Positions 55,201 to 64,000 of a stretch of 64,000 nucleotides of DNA are shown in pieces. The position numbers were made by a program, and so were the translations under genes. Origin of the DNA: Eledone cirrhosa (taxonomy: Eukaryota); contig OZ024740.1 of NCBI GenBank assembly GCA_964016885.1, positions 35,340,001 to 35,404,000 of the forward strand. Direction: 5' to 3'. The notes beneath the pieces were generated by a model, which made no database searches, was not told the DNA's origin, and was given only the letters and a program-made list of their open reading frames with translations. How positions within the stretch are numbered: the stretch's first letter is position 1; every line of letters begins with the position of its first letter.

Positions 55201-58200
55201 ATTTTTGGCAAGTGTAGCCCCCCCCCCCTCCGGCTCCTAGAACCACAAGAACCTTCATTTTTGTCAAGTGTAGCCCCAACTCCTAGAACCTCAAGAAACT
55301 TCATTTTTGTCAAGTGTAGCTCCCCGACTCCTAGAACCTGAAGAAAATTCATTTTTGTCAAGTGTAGCCCCCCGACTCCTAGAAGCTCAAGCAACTTCAT
55401 TTTTGTCAAGTGTAGCCTCCAACTCCTAGAACACCAAGAAAGTTCATTTTTGACAAGTGTAGCCGCCCCCCCCCCCCCCAACTCCTAGAACCTCAAGATT
55501 CTTCATTTTTGTCAAGTGTAGCCCCAAGATCTAGAACCTTATGAAACTTCACTTTTGTCAAGTGTAGCCCCCGATAACTAGAACCTCAAGAAACTTCCTT
55601 TTTGTCAAGTGTAGACCCCCTACTCCTAGAACCTCTAGAAACTTCACTTTTGTCAAGTGTAGCTGCCCGACTCCTAGAACATCAAGAAACTTCATTTTTG
55701 TCAAGTGTAGCCCTCCCCCCACCAAATCCTAGAACCTCAAGATTCTTCATTTTTGTCAAGTGTAGCCCCAACTCCTAGAACCACAAGAAACTTCATTTTT
55801 GTCAAGTGTAGCCCCAACACCTAGAACCTCAAGAATCTTCATTTTTGTCAAGTGTAGCCCCCAACTCCTAGAACCTCAAGAATCTTCATTTTTGTCAAGT
55901 GTAGACCCCCGACACCTAGAACATCAAGAAACTTCACTTTTGTCAAGTGTAGCTCCCTGACTCCTAGAACCTGAAGAAACATCATTTTTGTCAAGTGTAG
56001 CCCCCCGACTCCTAGAAGCTCAAGCAACTTCATTTAAGTCAAGTGTAGCCTCCAACTCCTAGAACCCCAAGAAAGTTCATTTTTGTCAAGTGTAGCCCCC
56101 CCCCCCAACTCCTAGAACCTCAAGATTCTTCATTTTTGTCAAGTGTAGCCCCAACATCTAGAACCTCAAGAAACTTCACTTTTGTCAAGTGTAGCCCCCA
56201 AGTCCTAGAACCTAAAGAAACCTCATTTCTGTCAAGTGTAGCCCCCAACTCCTATAACCTTAAGAATCTTCATTTTTGTCAAGTGTAGACCCCCGACTCC
56301 TAGAACCCCAAGAAACTTCATTTTTGTCAAGTGTAGTCCCAACTCCTAGAACCACCAAGAAGCTTCATTTTTGTAAAGTGCAGACCCCCAACACCTAGAA
56401 CCACAAGAAACTTCATTTTTGTCAAGTGTAGCCCCAACTCCTAGAAACTCAAGAATCTTCATTTTTGTCAAGTGTAGACCCCCGACTCCTACAACCTCTA
56501 GAAACTTCACTTTTGTCAACTGTAGCTGCCCGACTCCTAGAACATCAAGCAACTTCATTTTTGTCAAGTGTAGCCTCCAACTCCTAGAACCCCAAGAAAG
56601 TTCATTTTTGTCAAGTGTAGCCCTCGCCCCCTAATCCTAGAACCTCAAGATTCTTCATTTTTGTCAAGTGTAGACCCCTGACTCCTAGAACCTCAAGAAA
56701 CTTCACTTTTTTCAAGTGTAGCTCCCTGACTCCTAGAACCTGAAGATACTTCATTTTTGTCAAGTGTAGCCCCCCGACTCCTAGAAGCTCAAGCAACTTC
56801 ATTTTTGTCAAGTGTAGCCTCCAACTCCTAGAACCCCAAGAAAGTTCATTTTTGTCAAGTGTAGCCCCCCCCCCAACTCCTAGAACCTCAAGATTCTTTA
56901 CTTTTGTCAAGTGTAGCCCCAACTCCTAGAACCTCAAGAAACCTCATTTCTGTCAAGTGTAGCCCCCAACTCCTATAACCTTAAGAATCTTTATTTTTGT
57001 CAAGTGTAGACCCCCGACTCCTAGAACCCCAAGAAACTTCATTTTTGTCAAGTGTAGCCCCAACTCCTAGAACCACCAAGAAGCTTCATTTTTGTCAAGT
57101 GTAGACCCCCAACACCTAGAACCCCAAGAAACTTCATTTTTGTCAAGTGTAGCCCCAACTCCTAGAACCACCAAGAAACTTCATTTTTGTCAAGTGTAGC
57201 CCCAACCCCTAGAACGTCAAGAAACTTCATTTTTGTCAAGTGTAGCCCCCCCCCCCCCGGCGCCTAGAACCTCAAACAAGCTTGATCTTTGTCAAGTGTA
57301 GACCCCAACTCCTAGAACCTCAAGAAACTTCATGTTTGTCAAGTGTAGCCCCAACTCCTAGAAACACAAGAAACTTCATTATTGTCAAGTGTAGCCCCAA
57401 CACCTAGAACCTCAACAATCTTCAATTTTGTCAAGTGAAGCCTCCAACTCCTAGAACCCCAAGAAAGTTCATTTTTGTCAAGTGTATCCCACCGCTCCGA
57501 CTCCTAGAACAAACTTCATTTTTGTCAAGTGTAGCCCCAACTCCTAGAACCTCAAGAAAGTTCATTTTTATCAAGTGTATCCCCCCCCCCGACTCCTAGA
57601 ACCACAAGACACCTCATTTTTGTCAAGTGTAGCCCCAACTCCTAGAACCTCAAGAAACTTCATTTTTGTCAAGTGTAGCCCCCAACCCCTAGAAAGTCAA
57701 GAAACTTCATTTTTGTCAAGTGTAGCTCCCCCCGTCTACTAGAACCTCAAAGAAGCTTCATTTTTTTCAAGTGTAGCGTCCCAACTCCTAGAACACCAAA
57801 AAAGCTCATTTTTGTCAAGTGTAGCCCCCCCCCAACTTCTAGAACCTCAAGTAACTTCATTTTTGTCAAGTGTAGCCCTAACTCCTAGAACCACAAGAAA
57901 ATTCATTTTTGTCAAGTGTAGCCCCCCGACTCCTAGAAGCTCAAGCAACTTCATTTTTGTCAAGTGTAGCCTCCAACTCCTAGAACCGCAAGAAAGTTCA
58001 TTTTTGTCAAGTGTAGCCCCCCCCCCCAAATGATAGAACCTCAAGATTCTTCATTTTTGTCAAGTGTAGCCCCAACACCTAGAACCTCAAGAAACTTCAC
58101 TTTTGTCAAGTGTAGCCTCCAACTCCTAGAACCCCAAGAAACTTCATTTTTGTCAAGTGTATCCCCCCCAACTCCTAGAACCTCAAGATTCTTCATTTTT

Positions 58201-58900
58201 GTCAAGTGTAGCCCGAACTCCTAGAACCTCAAGAAACTTCATTTTTGTCAAGTGTAGACCCCCGACTCCCAGAAGCTCAAGCAACTTCATTTTTGTCAAG
58301 TGTAGCCTCCAACTCCTAGAACCCCAAGAAAATTCATTTTTGTCAAGTGTAGCCTCCAACTCCTAGATCTCAAGAAACTTAATTTTTGTCAAGTATAGCC
58401 CCCAAATCTTAGAACCTCAAGAAACTTCATTTTTGTCAAGTGTAGCCCCAACATCTAGAATCTCAAGAATCTTCATTTTTGTCAAGTGTAGCCCCCAACT
58501 CTTAGAACCTCAAGCAACTTCATTTTTGTCAAGTGTAGCCTCCGACTCCTAGAACCTCAACAAACTTCATTTTTGACAAGTGTAGTCCCAACTCCTAGAA
58601 CCTCAAGAAAGTTCATTTTTATCGAGTGTATCCCCCCCCCCCCCCCCCCGACTCCTAGAACCACAAGAAACTTCATTTTTGTCAAGCGTAGCCCCAACTT
58701 CTAGAACCTCAAGTAACTTCATTTTTGTCAAGTGTAGCCCCAACTCCTAGAACCACAAGAAAATTCATTTTTGTCAAGTGTAGCCCCCAACTCCTAGAAC
58801 TCCAAGAAAGTTCATTTTTGTCAAGTGTAGCCCCCCCCAATCCTAGAACCTCAAGATTCTTCATTTTTGTCAAGTGTAGCCCCAACACCTAGAACCTCAA
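49250..58900 (+). repeat. Diverged and scrambled satellite zone with no long perfect HOR
   Basis: It uses the same monomer variants as the interior but in shuffled order, with more private substitutions (e.g. TTTAAGTC ~56033, GTAAAGTGCAG ~56373, ATCGAGTG 58621) and small deletions. The boundaries are gradual. Confidence 0.7.
58632..58649 (+). repeat. C18 homopolymer, the longest C-tract seen in the array
   Basis: GTGTAT followed by 18 C then GACTCC, read directly. Confidence 0.85.
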
Positions 58901-61900
58901 GACACTTCACTTTTGTCAAGTGTAGCCCCCGACAACTAGAACCTCAAGAAACTTCATTTTTGTCAAGTGTAGCCCCCCCCCGACTCTTAGAACCTCAAGA
59001 AACTTCATTTTTGTCAAGTGTAGCCCCCCCCCCCCCAACTCCTAGAACCTCAAGAAACTTCATGATTGTCAAGTGTAGCCCCCGCCCCCCCCGACTCATA
59101 GAACCTCAAGAAACTTGATTTCTGTCAAGTGTAGCCCCCCGACCCCTAGAACTTCAAGAAACTTCAGTTTTGTCAAGTGTAGCCCCCCTCCCCCCCCCCA
59201 GACTCCTAGAACCTCAAGAAACTCCATTTTTGTCAAGTTAAGCCTCCAATTCCTAGAACCTCAAGAAACTTTATTTTTGTCAAGTGTAGGCCCCCGACTC
59301 CTAGAACCTCAAGAAACTTCATTTTTGTCAAGTGTACCCCCTCAACTCCTAGAACCTCAAGAAACTTCATTTTTGTCAAGTGTAACCCCGCCCCGAATCC
59401 TAGAACCTCAAGAAACTTAATTTTTCTCAAGTGTAGCCCCCCGACTCCTAGAACCTCAAGAAATTTCATTTTTGTCAAGTGTAGCCCCCCCCCCCCAGAC
59501 TCCTAGAACCTCAAGAAACTTCATTTTTGTCAAGTGTAGCCCCTCAACTTCTAGAACATCAAGAAACATCATTTTTGTCAAGTGTAGCCCACGACTCCTA
59601 GAACCTCAAGAAACTTCATTTTTGTCAAGTGTAACCCCGCCCCGAATCCTAGAACCTCAAGAAACTTAATTTTTCTCAAGTGTAGCCCCCCGACTCCTAG
59701 AACCTCAAGAAATTTCATTTTTGTCAAGTGTAGCCCCCCCCCCCCAGACTCCTAGAACCTCAAGAAACTTCATTTTTGTCAAGTGTAGCCCCCCGACTCC
59801 TAGAACCTGAAGAAACTTCATTTTTGTCAAGTGTATCCCCCCCTCCCCCTGACTCCTAGAAACTCAAGAAACTTCATTTTTGTCAAGTGTACCCCCGCAA
59901 CTCCTAGAACCTCAAGAAACTTCATTTTTGTCAAGTGTAGCGCCCGACTCCTAGAACCCCAAGAAACCTCATTTTTGTGAAGTGAAGCCCCCCGAATCCT
60001 AGAAACTCAAGAAACTTTATTTTTGTGAAGTGATGCCTCCCGAATACTAGAACATGAAGAAACTTCATTTTTGTCAAGTGTAGCCCCGTACTCCTAGAAC
60101 CTCAAGAAACTTCATTTTTGTCAAGTGAAGCCCCCGACTCCTAGAACCTCAAGAAACTTCATTTTTGTGAAGTGAAGCCCCCCGAATACTAGAACCTCAA
60201 GAAAATTCATTTTTGTCAAGTGTAGGCCCCCGACTCCTAGAACCTCAAGAAACCTCATTTTTGTGAAGTGAAGCCCCCCGAATACTAGAACCTCAAGAAA
60301 ATTCATTTTTGTCAAGTGTAGACCCCGACTCCTAGAACCTCAAGAAACTTCATTTTTGTCAAGTGAAGCCCCCGACTCCTAGAACCTCAAGAAACTTCAT
60401 TTTTGTGAAGTGAAGCCCCCCGAATACTAGAACCTCAAGAAAATTCATTTTTGTCAAGTGTAGGCCCCCGACTCCTAGAACCTCAAGAAACCTCATTTTT
60501 GTGAAGTGAAGCCCCCCGAATACTAGAACCTCAAGAAAATTCATTTTTGTCAAGTGTAGACCCCGACTCCTAGAACCTCAAGAAACTTCATTTTTGTCAA
60601 GTTAAGCCTCCAATTCCTAGAACCTCAAGAAACTTTATTTTTGTCAAGTGTAGGCCCCCGACTCCTAGAACCTCAAGAAACTTCATTTTTGTCAAGTGTA
60701 CCCCCTCAACTCCTAGAACCTCAAGAAACTTCATTTTTGTCAAGTGTAACCCCGCCCCGAATCCTAGAACCTCAAGAAACTTAATTTTTCTCAAGTGTAG
60801 CCCCCCGACTCCTAGAACCTCAAGAAATTTCATTTTTGTCAAGTGTAGCCCCCCCCCCCCCCCCAGACTCCTAGAACCTCAAGAAACTTCATTTTTGTCA
60901 AGTGTAGCCCCTCAACTTCTAGAACATCAAGAAACATCATTTTTGTCAAGTGTAGCCCACGACTCCTAGAACCTCAAGAAACTTCATTTTTGTCAAGTGT
61001 AACCCCGCCCCGAATCCTAGAACCTCAAGAAACTTAATTTTTCTCAAGTGTAGCCCCCCGACTCCTAGAACCTCAAGAAATTTCATTTTTGTCAAGTGTA
61101 GCCCCCCCCCCCAGACTCCTAGAACCTCAAGAAACTTCATTTTTGTCAAGTGTAGCCCCCCGACTCCTAGAACCTGAAGAAACTTCATTTTTGTCAAGTG
61201 TATCCCCCCCTCCCCCTGACTCCTAGAAACTCAAGAAACTTCATTTTTGTCAAGTGTACCCCCGCAACTCCTAGAACCTCAAGAAACTTCATTTTTGTCT
61301 AGTGTAGCGCCCGACTCCTAGAACCCCAAGAAACCTCATTTTTGTGAAGTGAAGCCCCCCGAATCCTAGAAACTCAAGAAACTTTATTTTTGTGAAGTGA
61401 TGCCTCCCGAATACTAGAACATGAAGAAACTTCATTTTTGTCAAGTGTAGCCCCGTACTCCTAGAACCTCAAGAAACTTCATTTTTGTCAAGTGAAGCCC
61501 CCGACTCCTAGAACCTCAAGAAACTTCATTTTTGTGAAGTGAAGCCCCCCGAATACTAGAACCTCAAGAAAATTCATTTTTGTCAAGTGTAGGCCCCCGA
61601 CTCCTAGAACCTCAAGAAACCTCATTTTTGTGAAGTGAAGCCCCCCGAATACTAGAACCTCAAGAAAATTCATTTTTGTCAAGTGTAGACCCCGACTCCT
61701 AGAACCTCAAGAAACTTCATTTTTGTCAAGTGAAGCCCCCGACTCCTAGAACCTCAAGAAACTTCATTTTTGTGAAGTGAAGCCCCCCGAATACTAGAAC
61801 CTCAAGAAAATTCATTTTTGTCAAGTGTAGGCCCCCGACTCCTAGAACCTCAAGAAACCTCATTTTTGTGAAGTGAAGCCCCCCGAATACTAGAACCTCA

Positions 61901-63665
61901 AGAAAATTCATTTTTGTCAAGTGTAGACCCCGACTCCTAGAACCTCAAGAAACTTCATTTTTGTCAAGTGAAGCCCACAACTCCTAGAACCTCAAGAAAC
62001 TTTATTTTTGTCAAGTGTAGGCCCCCGACTCCTAGAACCTCAAGAAACTTGATTTTTGTCAAGTGTAGCCCCCCGACTCCTAGAACCTCAAGAAACTTCA
62101 TTTTTGTCAAGTGTAGCATCCAACTCCTAGAACCTCAAGAAACTTTATTTTTGTCAAGTGTAGGCCCCCGACTCCTAGAACCTCAAGAAACTTGATTTTT
62201 GTCAAGTGTAGCCCCCCGACTCCTAGAACCTCAAGAAACTTCATTTTTGTCAAGTTAAGGCTCCAATTCGTAGAACCTCAAGAAACTTGATTTTTGTCAA
62301 GTGAAGCCCACAACTCCTAGAACCTCAAGAAACTTCATTTTCGTCAAGTTAAGGCTCCAATTCCTAGAACCTCAAGAAACTTCATTTTTGTCAAGTTAAG
62401 GCTCCAATTCCTAGAACCTCAAGAAACTTTATTTTTGTCAAGTGTATGCCCCCGACTCCTAGAACCTCAAGAAACTTCATTTTCGTCAAGTGTACCCCCT
62501 CAACTCCTAGAACATCAATAAACTTTATTTTTGTCAAGTGAAGCCCCCCGAATCCTAGAACCCCAAGAAACTTTATTTTTGTGAAGTGATGCCTCCCGAA
62601 TCCTAGAACCTCAAGAAACTCCATTTTTGGCAAGTGTAGTCGCCCCCCCCCCCCCGACTCCTAGAACCTCAAGAAGCTTCATCTTTGTCAAGTGAAGCAC
62701 CCAGAATCGTAGAACCTCAAGAAACTTTATTTTTGTCAAGTGTAGCCCCCGACTCCTAGAACCTCAAGAAACTTCATTTTTGTCAAGTGAAGACCACAAC
62801 TCCTAGACCCTCAAGAAACTTTATTTTTGTCAAGTGTAGTCCCCCGACTCCTAGAACCTCAAGAAACTTCATTTTTGTCAAGTGTAGCCCCCCCCCCCTA
62901 CTCCTAAAACCTCAAGAAACTTCATTTTTGTCAAGTGTAGCCCCCCGAAACCTAGAACCTCAAGAAACTTCATTTTTGTCATGTGTCGGCCCCCGACTCC
63001 TAGAATCTCAAGAAACTTCATTTTTCTCAAGTGTAGCCCCCCACTCCTACAACCTCAAGAAACTTCATTTTTGTCAAGTGTAGCCCCCCCCGACTCCTAG
63101 AACCTCAAGAAACTTCATTTTTGTCAAGCGTAGCCCCCCGACTGCTAGAACCTCAAGAAACTTCATTTTTGTCAAGTGTAGCCCCCCCGACTCCTAGAAC
63201 CTCAAGAAGCTTCATCTTTGTCAAGTGTAGCCCCCCAACTCCTAGAACCTCAAGAAACTTCATTTTAGTCAAGTGAAGCACCCAGTATCCTAGAACCTCA
63301 AGAAACTTCATTTTTGTCAACTGTAGCCCCCCCCCCCCCCGACTCCTAGAACCTCAAGAAACTTCATTTTTGTCAAGTGAAGCCTCCAATTCCTAGAACC
63401 TCAAGAAAGTTAATTTTTGTCAAGTGCATCCCCCCGACTCCTAGAACCTCAAGAAACTTCATTTTTGTCAAGTGTCGCCCCCCTCACTCCTACAACCTCA
63501 AGAAACTTCATTTTTGTCAAGTGAAGTCTCCAATTCCTAGAACCTCAAGAAAGTTAATTTTTGTCAAGTGTAGCCCCCCGACTCCTAGAACCTCAAGAAA
63601 CTTCATTTTTGTCAAGTGTAGACCCCAACTCCTAGAACCTCAAACACTTCATTTTTGTCAAGTGT
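58900..63665 (+). repeat. Edge subfamily of the satellite with distinct diagnostic variants
   Basis: Variants GTGAAGTGAAGCC, CGAATACTAG, GTTAAGCCTCCAATTCC, GTAGGCCCCCG, GTAACCCCGCCCCG and ACTTTATTTTTG are common here and absent or rare in the interior. Confidence 0.88.
59235..61965 (+). repeat. Two near-identical copies of a ~1,365-bp 28-mer HOR containing internal 5-mer duplications
   Basis: Offsets 59233->60597 (1364) and 60121->61488 (1367). Internal 238-bp repeats at 60121->60359 and 61488->61726. Marker GTAACCCCG at 59382/59631 and 60746/60999. Confidence 0.9.
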
Positions 63666-64000
63666 TCATTTTTGTTTTTAGTCCTGCAGGATGTCCAAAG
63701 TCACCCTCCTCACCAAGAAACCTTGATGGGCGTTGCCAGTTTAGTCGCCAACCACCCGACCATGGGACAGGTTGTACTGGGATACATGTTTCCAGTAGCA
63801 CCAACTGGTGACCTGATATACATACATACATACAATGGCGACCGTTGTGGTCAGTGTCCGATAATCGGACGTGTGTAATTACGGCTTACATGATGGCAAC
63901 ATACCATATTATGGAAAAAGTTGAGCTACATTACGCGGTAAGATTACATACAATAATTCTACATAAGTGTTTGAACTGTAAGTGTGTTGTAAAACACCTA
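63666..64000. other. Non-satellite flanking sequence of unknown identity
   Basis: The monomer pattern stops abruptly after 63665-63675 and the remaining sequence is of ordinary complexity. Confidence 0.92.
63816..63834 (+). repeat. Short (TACA)4 microsatellite
   Basis: ATA-TACATACATACATACA, read directly. Confidence 0.75.

Larger units (their letters stand above)
1..63665 (+). repeat. Tandem satellite DNA array, ~47-48 bp monomer, ~1,330 copies, head-to-tail, single orientation; runs off the left edge of the window
   Basis: The motif CTAGAACCTCAAGAAACTTCATTTTTGTCAAGTGTAG followed by a variable C-tract recurs every ~46-60 bp from position 1. The last monomer ends ...GTCAAGTGT at 63665. No reverse-orientation monomers or foreign inserts were seen. 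Confidence 0.99.

Noticed and set aside
1-63665. CRISPR-like look: a conserved ~38-bp repeat with a variable linker
   Set aside because: The linkers are only ~5-20 bp of C-rich sequence homologous to each other, not unique spacers. The repeats themselves vary, there are no cas genes or leader, and the scale fits satellite DNA.
1-63665. TTGACA (sigma70 -35 box) on the minus strand of each monomer
   Set aside because: There is no -10 element at 16-18 bp spacing (GGTTCT is found there) and no bacterial context.
1-63665. Poly-C tracts as a phase-variation or programmed frameshift device for a repeat protein
   Set aside because: There is no promoter, start context or unique coding flank, no long ORF in any phase, and frequent in-frame TAG. 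Ordinary slippage or sequencing error explains the variation.
1005-63811. All ORFs inside the array (LLEPQETSFLSSVAP, PRTSRNFIFVKCSP and LHLTKMKFLEVLGVG repeats)
   Set aside because: They are direct translations of the monomer in its stop-free frames. Most start at TTG/GTG, their lengths depend on C-tract length modulo 3, frameshifts are unconstrained, and there is no domain similarity.
63672-63878. 68-aa ORF in the flank as a stand-alone gene
   Set aside because: It has a TTG start inside the repeat remnant, runs through a microsatellite and has no recognisable homology. It is kept only as a speculative exon in the findings.
1-64000. Telomeric repeats, CENP-B box, rDNA/tRNA/5S units
   Set aside because: I saw no TTAGGG-type arrays, no YTTCGTTGGAARCGGGA, and no A/B boxes or rRNA-like sequence.

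Overview
This window is almost entirely one uninterrupted, single-orientation tandem satellite array (1 to ~63665). It holds roughly 1,330 monomers, estimated from length divided by ~47.7 bp. The consensus is ACTCCTAGAACCTCAAGAAACTTCATTTTTGTCAAGTGTAG(C)n(A/G), modal 46-48 bp, with length variation mostly in the C-tract. Only ~335 bp of non-satellite sequence follows, so the window captures the right-hand edge of the array. It looks eukaryotic; I cannot name the organism or the satellite family. The array is layered into higher-order-repeat (HOR) domains: near-identical 2.70/3.85-kb units (0.4-22.5 kb); 1.77, 1.65 and 2.34-kb duplications (23-35 kb); nested 12-mer (577 bp) and 16-mer (770 bp) units (35-47 kb); a more diverged, scrambled zone (~49-59 kb); and a distinct CpG-rich edge subfamily with its own 28-mer HOR (59-63.7 kb). 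All ORFs inside the array are translation artefacts of the repeat. I found no supportable gene, RNA gene, CRISPR array or intact mobile element, and no demonstrable new biological system. The best leads are the HOR architecture, the CpG-state shift at the edge, transcription-factor-like motifs in the monomer, and the array/flank junction. All coordinates and counts were read by eye, so domain boundaries are approximate.
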